DNA of 63,972 nucleotides, the filler included, from Pelomyxa schiedti (Eukaryota > Protista > Evosea), in assembly GCA_020536535.1 (NCBI GenBank). It is 4 parts of 4 records of this genome, joined end to end, with 100 filler letters (N's around TTAATTAATTAA, not from the genome) between each part and the next. Parts side by side here need not be neighbours in the genome. Positions count along the whole stretch, not along the records: positions 1 to 29,984 come from JAHLWZ010000312.1; 3 more parts are not named here. One strand, written 5' to 3'. Numbering within the stretch: position 1 is the stretch's first letter; every line of letters starts with the position of its first letter. The translations under genes were made by a program, and so were the position numbers. Positions 1-13,297 of this stretch are shown here, piece after piece. A model generated the notes under the pieces. It ran no database searches. It saw nothing but the letters and a program-made list of their open reading frames with translations, and was not told where the DNA came from.

Positions 1-598
1 AGGCTTCTCGGCCACCGACGTCACTCAACTCGGTAACACTGTGGCAGACCTATTCGCCCTGAGCAACATCGGAGGCGTAGCAGTGTGGGACTACATCGCG
101 AACCAGCCGGCCTCAGACTCCACAGTCACCCATTTGCGCTCCCTCGACTCCTCTAGGCAACAATGCTAATGTCACATTGACATTAACAATGTACCTCTTC
201 CTGCATACAACAAAGTACCAAGAATCAAAAAAAATCCTTTTCCATTTTTTGTTGTTATCTGAATTCTAATCATGGGACTAGCCCTACATACAAAGTAGAT
301 AATGACCTTTGAACGATAGGTGGGAGACTGGCTACGACACTGTTCCATTGTTGTTGTGTGAAGTGATTTGCCTTCAGTGTTTGCAATGTTGTTTGAAATG
401 CATCACGCGGTTGTGCTGGTAGTGGAATGACAGCAAGCCCCAAGAGTTCACAAATGGAACTTGTGTTTAGGATTTGTGGGTTCGTGTTGACCATGTTGAG
501 AAGACCAAGTACATTAGACCCTAACTCGCTCTCATCCTCTTTTGAAATCTGCAAACACAGGCATATTTTCTAGGATGGAGAAAAAGTCAGACAGAACG
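1..598. repeat. Near-identical second copy (allele or duplicate) of ~9140-9718: chitinase 3' end (+) and transportin 3' end (-)
   Basis: Direct match to 9140 onward with a few substitutions and small indels; ORF 270..554 mirrors 9393..9674; ends at a 100-N gap. Confidence 0.9.
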
Positions 599-698
599 NN
601 NNNNNNNNNNNNNNNNNNNNNNNNNNNNNNNNNNNNNNNNNNNNNNNNNNNNNNNNNNNNNNNNNNNNNNNNNNNNNNNNNNNNNNNNNNNNNNNNNN

Positions 699-1042
699 AG
701 TGTGTCCCTGGATATCCCAACGCTCACAAGCGCATTCCCGGCGCCGGGAATCTCCACCACCCAATTGAACCAATTGGCCGGGTTGCCCACAACATACTGC
801 CACACAAGCCAAGAAACACAGACCCGCGCCGCGTCGAGCACCCCCAACTGCCCAATCTCACCATCACTATCACCATCACTCTCAATCCCGATCCCACGGC
901 CACTTCTTTGTCGTTGGCACCGCAGCAGCGCGCCAGATGCAAAGGCCAGGAGCTGGTCGTGGGTGCGCGGGCCGCGCGTGATCACGGGGATGGCATCGGT
1001 ACCCGGTCGTAGTGGCACGTGGTGTGGCTGCGGTTCTTGCAT
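699..1042 (-). CDS. Hypothetical protein, N-terminal fragment running into an N gap
   Basis: GC-rich ORF MQEPQPHHVPLRPG..., divergent from BRF1; no family recognised. Confidence 0.35.
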
Positions 1043-1391
1043 ATATCGTTAAGGGGTGTGTGGGGGACCAGTCGCTGCCTGTGATTGTGCTATTCGTAGC
1101 TCCTGTTGCCTTGGGGATTTTGTGAATCAACTCTACATTACGAGGGTTTAAAAGTGCCCCTCTGGTGAAGTGTTGTCACAGTGAACACCCATCAAAAATG
1201 ACCTCGTTTGCTTCGGGTAAAGAAAAGAGTTTGGCGACTGATCGACTGCAGTATCTGCTTACCTGTGTGGGGCCCACGTGGCACGAAAGCTGGAATTCTT
1301 GGGAGACAATGAAGAGTGGAATAGTTCGAAGGGATCTGGTATCTGTTAACTGCTTTTCGAAAACATTTTCCCAACCAAAGGGACGAGCCGA

Positions 1392-4300
1392 ATGAGCGAC
1401 AACGAGGACGACGGCGTGTTCGAGAGCAGATGGGAAAACTACATCGACTCCAGTGGTGAACCATTCCAAGAGCTAAAAGCGACGCTAGCCGAACTCAACG
1501 AGCAAGACGCCGCCGACAGCCAACAGCAACAAAGCCTGCAGCTCCAAAGCCAAGGCGAAAGCCAAGAGCAAGACCAGCAGCAGCAGGAAGAGTCGTCGTC
1601 GTCGGTCGGCGGCGGCGGCGCGGGGGCGGGCGGCGAGGGCGTGATCGTCGCGTCGTCGTCGGCGTCGATGCTGATGTCGGTGGCGCCCGAGGCTGCGAGC
1701 ATGAAGTCGAACGCGAAGAAGTGCCCGGGGTGCGGGCGTGGGCCGGAGAAAATGACGAAGGAGAACGGGCAGCTCGTTTGCGCGGCTTGCGGCGCCATCG
1801 TGGAGGACGTGGCTATGGTTTCGGAGGTACTGTTGTTATCATTGCTCTCTCTTTTTTTTTTTTTAGAACAGCTGGCTTTGAGATGTAGTTATTTATTTTA
1901 TTTTATTTTTTATTCCTTTTATTATTTTTCTTTTTATGGTTTTTCCCCCGTTTTCTGTTGTTGTTCCTTCGCAGCGCCGTTTGTTGTAAGAATTTACTTG
2001 ATTAGGTTAACTTCATGGAGACTGGGGGAGGTGGAAGGAAAGCTGTTGGAAAGTTTGTTTCTGCAGGTACTTTTGCTTGCTCCCTTGTCTTAGAATAATT
2101 TTGTTCCAGTGGGAGCAGCTAGTGGGTCTTCTATGTCCCGCACACAAACCTTGGAGAGGGGTACCTACCTCTGTTGTCATCGTTAAACATCTAAGCGTTT
2201 CACTCTTCACAGCCAGGAATCGAATTGAACAAATGGCTTCCCTGTTAGCCCTCCCACAAGCTGTAGCAGAGTGTGCTCATAGACTGTACTTTCTATGCTT
2301 ACAAAGTGGCTTCACCAGAGTAAGCCTGTTCCTTTCATTGATTCTATTAATGGTTATCAGGGAAGAAAAGCTGTCAATATTGCGGCTGCTTGTATATATG
2401 TAGTGTGCCGTAGAGAAAACAAGCCCTATATGCTTCTTGATATTGCCGATGCACTAGACGTATTTTCTTATTTTTTACTTTTCTTCGCAATTCCATATCC
2501 TAATTTTCAAAGACATCAGTCTACAGCATCGGGCATTGCTTCTTGCAAATGACAGCAGAGCTCGAATTGAATGTGACCCTCTTTTCAATACTCTTTATCA
2601 ATGGTTAAGTGTACCTAGATTCCTGTGATCGATCCCTCTCTCTACATTCACCGCTTCGCTTCTCAACTTGAATTTGAAGATAAAACACAAGCAGTGGCTA
2701 ATGCCGCTCTTCGAATCATTCAACGTATGAGTAGGGACTGGCTACAAGTAGGCCGTCGCCCTTCAGGTATCTGTGGCGCAGCCTTGCTGATCTCAGCCAG
2801 ACTCTTCGGCTTCAAGAGAACACCTGAGGAAGTTCTACAGGTAGTTAGAATCAGTGATGCCACTTTGATGAAGAGGTTCCATTTACTCCTCTCGTATTCC
2901 ACTGATCCGCCATTCAGATTAAATGAGTTCACGAAGACTCCTGCAGCCGACCTTTCGTTCCAGCAACTCCTTTCCAATTGTCCAGTGGAAGAGGGTCTAC
3001 CTCCAGCCTACACTTCTGGGCTTAAGAGAGACTTAAAGTAACTTCAATTCTTTGTATCTCTTCTCCAAGCACCCAAATAGGAAGCAAGAACAAGAGGAAG
3101 AAGTTTTGAGAATCAAGGCCCTACGGAAAAATGCATTCAGTAGCCACAATTCTGACACCGAGACTGAGGAGGAAGATAGCAACCCCATAATTGTGAAGTG
3201 TGAAGTACCAAGTTCTGATGAAGCTCTCATTGCCACCTCCAAATGCACGAAGTCCGATGACACTTCGACAGAGATAAAAAAAAAGCCAACAGGCAGAAAG
3301 AAACGCAAAGGAAAGAAGACTGGCAAATCTCACAGAAAATCTAAAAAGGATCCTTCAGAAAAAGAAACCAAAACAAAGCGGACCAAAAGGAAAAAGAGTA
3401 GAAAGATTAAAAACGAGGTGAAAGGGGAACCATCAGGCAGTGATGAAAAAGAGCTACAGGATTCAACAGAATCAGCTTGCGAACCAAACCAGAAGAAGAG
3501 GAGAAGAGCACCACCTAGAAACGCATTATCAAGACTCAATATTATCAAGGAGGTAGTGTTCTTCGATATTCACCACAGTTCCTTATTCTTCTAAAGGAAT
3601 TCGACTGGACTCATGTTGACACAGATGAAGTCGAGAGAGAAATGCGCATTGCGTTGGACAATAATTCGTTCCTCAGTGCTCACAGTGCTGTTAAGCATCT
3701 TCTTGAGCACAATGGTGAGATTAGTCTACCTTTCATCTTCACTTATTTTGCCAAAATAGGGCGTCCATGTGACCAGACCTGTTCTCACTGCACCTCTCAA
3801 ATCATGCCATTCAAGTTTTCCCCTTCTCAATCACCAGGTGTTCCAGAAATTTCCTCATTGAAGAGCCCAGATCAAAATTGTGAAACACAAAACACCGAAG
3901 GCACTGAAACATGCACAACATCGACTTCAGCAACACAAAACACGGGATTACTCTCGCAACGATCAGACTCAGGGTTGCTTTCCCAAACACAAGACCCGGA
4001 AGCTCATCTCTCTTTGGGGGATGATGTACTTCTAGCTCAATCTCAAGCACTGTCTGACACTGCAGAATTCGTGCCGCCAGTCTCCACCACCTCGGCTACA
4101 ACTCCTCTCTTTGCTTCACAGCAAGAGGAGACTGAAGAAACATCAGGCTTGGTTGCCAAGTTGGACCCAGAAGAAACATTCTCAGATCTTGAGGATTCTG
4201 ACATAGACCAATATATAATCACCAACTCCGAGGAACTCGAGTTGAAAGTTGCAACGATTCCCATGGGTTTTCTCACCCACTGTTAGGAACGGGCTTGGAA

Positions 4301-4742
4301 TGAAATGAACCACGACTATCTCATTGAAATGGCTTCACTTCCTGAGGGGAACACAACCAAACGGATAAAAGTAAGTACCACAAGTCTGTTCGCGTTCCGC
4401 TAATCCACCCCTTTTTAGAAACCACGCAAGTCTACACCCTTTAATGCCGACTCTGCCGCCGACGCTCTCGCCAGTGCACTGGAAAGAAAGGGCCTGTCAT
4501 CGAAAATCAACTACTCAGTTCTGCATTCCCTACTTCCACAACAACATCTAACCAGTGAGAGTGCAACTGATACCGCTACTGATACAGCTGCCGCGGCTTT
4601 ACCAGACAGCGGGACCCCTGCGGAAGCACCAGCCTCAGAAGAATCCAACAAAGCCACTCTGGAGGAGGTTGAGGACGACTTTAGTTGGGATGTAGCAAAC
4701 CAGTTACAAGAGCGCGACAAGACAGCATCACAGTGGCTATGA
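1392..4742 (+). CDS. BRF1: TFIIIB subunit BRF1 (multi-exon)
   Basis: Zn ribbon CPGC...CAACG; cyclin repeats GRKAVNIAAACIYVVCRRE and IDPSLYIHRFA...GRRPSGICGAALLISAR; C-terminal block ETFSDLEDSDIDQYI...LSSKINY; GT-AG introns restore the frame. Confidence 0.93.
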
Positions 4743-5129
4743 TTTCATGTCTTTCTTTGGTTGGTTTCACCACCATTCCATTTGTCCTCTCAGCCCATCC
4801 ACTGTGTAAAAAAGTGTTGTGTTTTTTCCCGTTTCTTTACGTTTGTTAAAAAAAAGTCAGAAGTAGCTGAAAGTCCTCACATAATTTGGTTTGTATTCCG
4901 TTATTTTTCATCACTCAACGAACTAATGCCAAAGCCAACAAAACACAAACGCGTTGTGGCTGAAGGTTCTGCATTGTGGGACAAAACAGCAAGCGAACAC
5001 TATTCTTTTCTATCTTGGGAACAAACGCAGGCCCCAGAGTAGGGACAGGATGTAAAACGAAAGGAAAGGAAATGAATGCGAAGATGAAAGAGAAGAGGAT
5101 TGGATTTACTTTGGTTATTTATTACTTTT

Positions 5130-6120
5130 TCAAAGGTCGTCAGATGCGGCTGGTTCCTCAGTTGCTTCCTCAGCAGCTGCCTCGGCTGCTCCTGCTGCGG
5201 CGGCTGCGGCGGCCTCCTTGGCGGCTTTAGCCTTCTTGCGCTTGACTCGGCCGATGCGGCCTCCGGCGTAGGCGCTGCTGAGGGCGAAGTCAATGTGGCC
5301 TTGGGAGGAAACGCGAACCATGAATGATGGTGATGTAACAATTTGCTTTCCAACTCTGTGATGGGTACCCGGGTTAGTGTTACGGCCAATCGGAGGATGT
5401 AAGGGAGCTCACCGAATGTGGCGTTGGCGAATAAGAACACGTGCATGATGTACGGATTTTGCAAGTCCTTGTTTCAGGACGAGGGTCTGGAGTCGTCTCT
5501 CCATAAAGTCCTGTTCCTTCAAGCTCAGAACGTGATCCAGCTAAATGGAGGTAAGCCAAACTGGAGATAACTAATAGCAAGATAAAAAAAGGCGAGAGGC
5601 ACACCTTGTTTTTGGTCTCGTCGAGTACGCCAATTCTGTGCAATCGTCTAAACAACCATTAGCACTGGAAAATCACGCCAGGGAGGGGGCTCACCGAAGC
5701 ATAGCGTTACCCTCAAAAATTCTCTTTGGGTCTGTCTCATCGAGCTTGAGAAGCTCTCGAGCGGCACCTCTGATTTTTGTCAGAGCATAGTGTACGCGCC
5801 ACACCTCTCGTTTGCATCTTAGTCCGTACTCGCCTAAAATGAGAACGAGGTCAAATTACAGGAGTGGGGGCAGATGAGGCTTGGATACCACAAAGGCGAA
5901 GTTCGTGGTCAAGCCTCTCCTTTTCAAAGGGACGGCGAGGAGTCTTCACCGTTTTACTGTCTGCATAATAAAAAAAAAAACGCGAGAGTAAGGCCACGTG
6001 TCGTATCGCAAAAATGACGTGTCGTGTTTGTTCCGCACGTGCGGTGCGAAGAAACGAGTGACGTCGCTTTCACGTCGCTACAGCAACAACAAACGCACAG
6101 TTCCTAAGCGATTTGCCCAT
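5130..6120 (-). CDS. RPS9: 40S ribosomal protein S9 (uS4), 6 exons
   Basis: Spliced [44 protein letters not shown]...MERRLQTLV...[23 protein letters not shown]. Confidence 0.97.
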
Positions 6121-6363
6121 GGGAGGTACGGCTCCGGATGTACGGGTTCGTCAAGTGCAGAACAAAGGAAAATGAGATTCGGAATAGTATTAGAAATTAA
6201 ATTTCCTCCTTTGTTTTGTGATGTAAAAACGCAAGTGTGAAGACTGAGATCTGTGAGGGGACTGAATGATGAAAAAGTTTAGAATTTAGATTTAGGTTTG
6301 GCATTAGTGCCCTGCGTTTGTACTGGTTTTTTTTTATCTTGTTGTTGGCCGTTGTTTGTAAAA

Positions 6364-7317
6364 ATGTCAGTGTTGAGTATTACGGAGCGTGCGGGGGACC
6401 TTGCTGACACGCACGACAAGATCTTCAAAGTCAGTTACTGAGTCATTTTGACCTGTTCTTTATGATGTCGACACTGTGTGTCTAGGCGATTGCAAACACT
6501 GCCAGATTGTACCAACTGTTTTACCGTCGCCATGACACACTTGGGCGGGTCGACGGGCTCTGCACAAATGCAAGGGTGGTTACCAAACTGGCCTTGTACG
6601 AGATTCCACCCCGATTTCTTCGTTGATTATCGACGTGATAGGATTTTCGGCTCTGGGTCTTGCTTAATGCGCCTTAAGAAACCTGAAGAGAATAGCGGAA
6701 TATTACCCAGATTGCATAACGCAGCCAGAGTTTCCGAATTTCTAGCTGACTTAACAGAGGTTTTTATAAAGTAAGCAAGACATTGTTTTAATCGCTATTT
6801 AGTGGCTCAGTCTCTTCAAACGCATGGGTTATTTGAATAAACTCGAGCAAAGAACCATTGACAGCCTCGCGTTTATATTTACCATGTTTGCACTTATGCA
6901 CACGTTAGCTGTTGATCTTCATGTCTTTACCCAAGGTATACAGTTACTCTCCAATGAAGCTGACAAGGCTTCAAAAAAAAATAATTATACCACAGGTCCC
7001 TGTCATTCCAAAAATCCCAAAGTAAGTTTAAAATCGTAAACCTGTATTCCCAGTTTACTCTACATTCAGAAGATTGGAAGAGCCATGGCCTCCTTCATAG
7101 GGCATGACCTGAAGCCAATTACAGATGTAACTGAAGTGGTAGGTGTTTGTTTCGTAAATCCACTTTCCTGATTCACCACAAGTGTATGGACATGTCATCC
7201 TCCCCCTCTGACACTGCACGTGCCCTTGTGGGCCTCTTTACTTCCATGTTGGGGCTTGTACAGAAGTACATGCCCTACCTTGTATCCCGTTTCAAGAGTG
7301 TCACTTCATCCGACTAG
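6364..7317 (+). CDS. Pex11-like peroxisomal membrane protein (multi-exon)
   Basis: HDKIFKAIANTARLY resembles Pex11 GRDKxxRxxQY; NAR..IFGSG resembles ARKxxRxG; C-terminal hydrophobic ALVGLFTSMLGL; small size. Confidence 0.5.
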
Positions 7318-7515
7318 CTTTGCACCCTCATTGGAAACACATTTGCTTTGTAAGACGCAGAGAATCCCATGCAACACCGAAATTAGTCTAGATCCATTTC
7401 TTGTTTTAGAACAACTTTTGTTTAGCCGAAATGTTTTTTTCGTGTTTTGCGTCACCGCCGCTTTAAATTAACCATCAATCAACTTCATTAATTTTATAAA
7501 AAAACCACAGGCAAC

Positions 7516-9308
7516 ATGCACCGGGTCTCTGTGTGGCTCTGTCTAGCGTTAGCTTCGGCACTGGTTGTCGTGCAAGGTTGCGTTTTTTTTGTCGCGTAGA
7601 TCTTCCCTTACGAGTTCGTGCAGGTCGTGATTCATGTGCTGGTTTGCAGCCGGGTTTCTACTGTGTTGACGCTTCTCGTTATGCTTGGTGCTATGGTATT
7701 TCCCGGCTGCTTTTGTTTATTTGGTAGTAATCTCTTACAGGAGTGGATTCGCCGTCTTATATGCCTTGCCCTCAGTCCTTGCAATGCACTTGCGGATACA
7801 CACCCTCCACTCCCTGCAACTGGTATTTTCTCCAGTGTTTCAGTGCAGATGTGAAATAAGCGTTATATAGGCCCAACACCAAAAGTGCTGATTGCGTGCA
7901 AAATGCTGGCGATGTGTGGAACGGAGGTAACTAGGAATATAAGGGCAAAGATTGACATAGTTCTAGGCTCTTCCACTGACCAGTGTCCCAATGATCCAAA
8001 TAAAAATACTCCTGGCGTGTGCGGCTGCGGCATTCCCGATACAGATTCTGACAATGTTACTCTTTAAGGCTCTCAGTACAGAATTAAATATCATGTAGGA
8101 TGGAATCCCTGATTGTCACGATCAATGCCCTCAGGATCCCCGAAAATCTCAACCAGGTGCTGTGTTATGATTTAAATCGTAATCTCAATAAGAAATAGGA
8201 ATATGTGGATGTGGGCGATCCGAAGACTCATGTAGATCATCTACTCCATCTGAGGACTCGAGTCCTACTCCTTCACAGTGCTCATTTACTATGAGCAGAA
8301 AGAGTAATGCAATTTACTACTGGGGCCAGGATGACCAGGAAGGCCCTCTCAGGAATCTATGTGATGACTCCTCGTGTGTTAAAAATGGGTAATGCTTGTG
8401 CTTACACATAATACAGAATGGATATAGTCACCATTGCCTTTGCACGCTACATTTCAACAGGCTCAAACATTGCCCTTGATCTTGGGGGCCACTGCTGGTC
8501 AACGTTCCCGGATGACCCTACAACTCTCAAGTGTACTGATATAGAACAAGATATACAGTACTGCCACTCCAAAGGAAAGCAAGTTTTCCTTACAGTTGCA
8601 TCTGGCTCTTACTCGAGTTCCAATGTGGCACAGACATGGGCACAAACTGTTTGGAGTACTCGTCTTCTCGTACTAAATGAGTATTCACATCAATCTCAAA
8701 GATTCGTTCTTCAGTGGCGGTACTGGATCAAAGAGGCCTTTTGGAGCAGCTTCTTTTGATGGCTTGATACTCGATACAACTGGAGGGAATCCATCCTACC
8801 ACTCGGCATTCTTGACGTCATTTAAATCCTCTGTCAGCCGGACTTCAACGCCAACTGGGCTGCAACGTGCACTCATTGGAGTTTCCGTGGCAGGATGTGA
8901 GTTCGGAGATGATTTTGCTGGCCCTGGGTCAGGTACTGCCCTGGGAGATACTTCTGTGCTTTGTCGTTGCAAGATTCTGGAATGGTCAAGGCAGCCAGCA
9001 ATCCTGTTCACTTGACGGGAATACTGAAAATTCTTTTCGTGCCTGGGCCACATGGGCAAGCACAAGTGCCAACCCCAACGCAAAGGTTTCATGCCAGTCT
9101 CCTTTCTTCTTCCCACTGATTGTTTCCACAGGTTTTCCTAGGCTTCTCGGCCACCGACGTCACTCAACTCGGTAACACTGTGGCAGACCTATTCGCCCTG
9201 AGCAACATCGGAGGCGTAGCAGTGTGGGACTACATCGCGAACCAGCCGGCCTCAGACTCCGCAGTCACCCATTTGCGCTCCCTCGACTCCTCTAGGCAAC
9301 AATGCTAA
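7516..9308 (+). CDS. Secreted GH18 class III chitinase-like protein with Cys-rich and TSP type-3-like repeats, probably inactive
   Basis: Signal peptide; DQCPNDPNKNTPGVCGCGIPDTDSDNDGIPDC repeat; YYWGQ, DIVTIAF, DIQYCHSKGKQVFL, RPFGAASFDG, GGVAVWD motifs. Confidence 0.85.
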
Positions 9309-9392
9309 TGTCACATTGACATTAACAATGTACCTCTTCCAAGAATCAAAAAAAATCCTTTTCCACATTTTTTGTTGTTATCTGAATTCTAA

Positions 9393-12300
9393 TCATGGGA
9401 CTAGCCCTACATACAAAGTAGATAATGACCTTTGAACGATAGGTGGGAGACTGGCTATAACACTGTTCCATTGTTGTGTGAAGTGATTTGCCTTCAGTGT
9501 TTGCAATGTTGTTTGAAATGCATCACGCGATTGTGCTGGTAGTGGAATGACAGCAAGCCCCAAGAATTCACAAATGGAACTTGTGTTTAGGATTTGCGGG
9601 TTCGTGTTGACCATGTTGAGAAGACCAAGTACATTAGACCCTAACTCGCTCTCATCCTCTTTTGAAATCTGCAAACACAGGCATATTTTCTAGGATGGAG
9701 AAAAAGTCAGACAGAACGGAATGTGGTTGGTGTGGGATAGGAAAAGCCATAACTGGAAGGTATGATGTTAGTTGTAACCCAATTTCAGGAATGTATAAAC
9801 CCATATGGCATAAGCATACTACAACATTCTCTCCTGTGATTTTATTGATTTTCCTGATTCGTTTGTTTGCCCCGCCGGTTTTGTTGGTTTGGCAAGTAGA
9901 ATGAAATTTTAGATCCACACCTAGTTGTATTCCCTAATGCTTCGATTGCAGGTGGAAGAATAAGGGGGATGAAGGGTCTCATTCCAGCCTGAAATTTGGC
10001 GGCAATTTCTGCCATACACCAGAAAAGATTAGCTGTCACAGGTAAATGCTCTAGTTGTTGAAGAAAAGAATAGTGGTCAAAAAAAAGGTAACATTGAGCT
10101 ATAAAAAAAGGTCTACCTAAGCTATAGCAGCGCATTACTAAAGGAATCAATTCAGAAACGAATGGGAGCAAGATAGGAAAGGCCGAGCGAGCAACCGTAC
10201 CGAAAATGGCCAAAACGGATTGAACGAGAGAGGGCACATTCTGTTGTTGATTACGGGAGATAAATTAGGCAACTTGTAACCTGGAAGTAGTGAAGTCTTA
10301 AAACATCCAAGATATGGGTATTGCTACATAATAACTGCACAGAAGAGGGAAAAGTCTCCAAAACAGATAGTATATAGTCGAGGCTCGAGGCTGCGAGTTC
10401 CTCCTCTTCAAAGAACCTCCTGTTCTAGTGCCATTACAAAAAAAAATTGCAAAAATAAGAGACAGTTTTCTTTGCGTCCAATAGAGCACAACATGAGTTG
10501 AACAGAGGAAACGCGAAATCTTGTGACAAGTCCTTGAGGGAGACAGTGAGAGAAGTCAGGCAATCTAGAATGTAAGCTTTCCTGTAGAGAAGTAAAATGA
10601 ATCCCGAGGAAAATGTGTTCCTCACATGGGTTCAGCTGGTACTGCACGAAGTTTCTCCATCAGAGGACGGACAAAAGCAGTACCGACTGAAGTTGGCAAG
10701 TTAATGCGATCTGCAAGGGTACCAATAGCATCACAAAAATCTTTTAATGACTTAATAGGGGCAAAAGATGATTCACTGTACGAGGAATCACTGTATCTTG
10801 GGAACTGAGGATAGATTCATGTAAAACTTCAATTATTGTTTCTAAAAATGGTTTGAGGAATTCTTCCTTCAAGTTGGAATCTTCAAACAAGATAGCCAAT
10901 GAACTATTTAAGGTTATAATTATGAAAGAATTACTGGAATTCACACCAGAAGCATGAGATTTGAACTAGAGGAACGGGATCCCTGCAAGTGCGAAGCAAA
11001 GCTTCAAGTACTAATTTAAAGTGTTTTTCTGGCCCCTCAGCCTCGGCATTTTCTAGTACTAAATCGTATATCCTACTTAGAGACCAGCAAGAAATCTTTC
11101 TAATGGAGGGCTAAAAACGGGATCTTTTAAAAAAGTAGTTCAAATAGTGGGTCGCACTTACGTGTTTATGAGTCAATGACTGTAGTAACAGGCATGAAAT
11201 ATCCTTGTAATTAGGAAGTAGATTCCTTCCACATCCCGATGCAATGGCACCAATACCAAGAATCCCTGCTTCCACCACTTGGAAATGATGAATGGCGATG
11301 AAAAGAAATATAGTTGCTACTTTGCCATTCAGCTGTTGTAATATTAATCATCTGGGCTATGCGAGGTAAGGCATATGGCAGGATATCTCCTTGGAATGAA
11401 ACGGCAAGCGAATCTAGACTTAAAGCTGCACCTTTTCGAAGGGACCATCCTGTGGCAGAATCATCTACGCAGAATTCTGCATCCATTTGCCTAACAACAA
11501 ATGTTCATTGAGTACGTAGGCTCCTCCTTTCCCTCCCCTGCCCCTTCCCTCCCGCCTTTCGAAGTACCTTCCATGTCCACGAGATTGTTTTTTGTCTTCC
11601 CTAAAAAGTTTGAGAAATCGGAAATGTGAAAGGAGGATCATAACATGTCTTCTTCCATCAGTGCTGCTTCATCACCCTTGTACAGCATTCGGGAGAGAAG
11701 AAGGGGAACAAGGCTTATGGATAGTAAGTGAGTAGAATTTAGGGAGTTGATACGTTGGCAGGTTGCTTCTCAAAATATTGGGTTGCCATTCAATAATTAC
11801 TGGCCAGAACTCACATGCTTCCATTGCAATACTTTCATCTGTATCCTAGACTAATTGAGTAGATAGAGAGTCTTAGTTTCTGTACTTGTAAGGATGCTAA
11901 CATAAGTCTAACAATATCATCTAAAAGCGGAAGAAGACACGCGAATTTTCGTTCTGTCAGTACCACAACTAGCCGGTGTGCTTTGGCCCTTATCTTGGGA
12001 ACAGGGTCACTGAAGTACCGTAAGATATTCTGTACTGCCAATTAGGTCAAGGTGATGAAAGAAGAACAAACTGGAATGAACGAGGCCATGTTCACGGGCT
12101 CCTTTTCTGCCGATTCACTCCAAAGGGCAGCAAGGCACTCTAAAGAATAATATCTAACTTCGTCTGAAGAACTCCACTTAAAGTGATACAAACTTATATT
12201 TTTCTACCGTGTGGGTTCCCAAGTAATTCAACTACTTTTGAAACTAGTGTCTGAATTTGTTCTTTATTCATGTACTGTGCCGTATCCTCCAAAGTAACAT

Positions 12301-13121
12301 GTAAAACATTTAATTGTCAGATAGCCTAATATACCTCACAGAGCTTAGAGAGAGTTGCCACAGAATTGGCCACAATGTCGGTGTTTGGGTGTGAAAGGTG
12401 GTGGAAGATAATTGAAATTACATCAGCAAAACCTATTATTTGGTTGGGAATTTGTAAAATCTTCCTCTCTACGACCTGAGCACTTGTTCCTTCTGGCAAG
12501 ATTGCAAACAATAGAGGGGAAGAGGTCAGTGATAACTGTAGTGGGATAGGAAAGCATTGTAGGTATATTCTCAACTAGGGCTTGCCACACTGAGGAGTTC
12601 ATCCTTTTATAGAAATAATTAAAAGAAGGTAACACCATGTTAGCAGAGGCATTATTTAGGGTACGGAAAGTAGAATTCTTACTTGTCAGCATTGTAGGTC
12701 TTCAGGACTACAGCGGCAGCTTTACGTACAAGAGCGGGTTCATTCTCACACCTGAGCAACACAAACCCAAGGTATAACCCCAAGTTTTTGTGCACAACCC
12801 ACCTGCCAAGCTCCTTTTTTATTTTTGTGTTTTGTACAAGGAATAAGTGCATCCATTACGTATATGTGATGCCCATATTTGCACCCATACCAGAACAACA
12901 GCAACAACAACAACAAAAAACCATTGTTAGGATATTAGTATATGTGCATTTTTAAAAACGTGCCACACCATATGCGCAGCCTCCTGGGCGTCTTCAGTTG
13001 CTTCATTAAATAGACTGGCAAGTCTCCTAAGCACACCCAGTAAGTCGTTGCATTCCTGCCTCTCTTCCGCACTCCAACTGTTGGGGTCAAACACCCTCGA
13101 CGCCTGTGGCCCAGCCGACAT
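9393..13121 (-). CDS. TNPO1: Transportin / karyopherin beta-2-like HEAT-repeat protein (many introns)
   Basis: Charged loop followed by WSLRKGAALSLDSLA (cf. WNLRKCSAAALDVLA); ACEFW motif; HEAT-like exons throughout. Confidence 0.75.
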
Positions 13122-13297
13122 TTTTGTTGTTATGTTGGCGCAATTTGGAAAAACCAGAAGGATGAAAAAGGGAAAAATTTTGGGGTTTTTTTTTATTGTT
13201 GTTAGGGCTTTTTACACTCTTACTGTGGTGTGTGGGAATCTTACAAGAGTATTTACACTACTGGAGTGTCGCTGGGTTATATGGGTACACTTTACAA

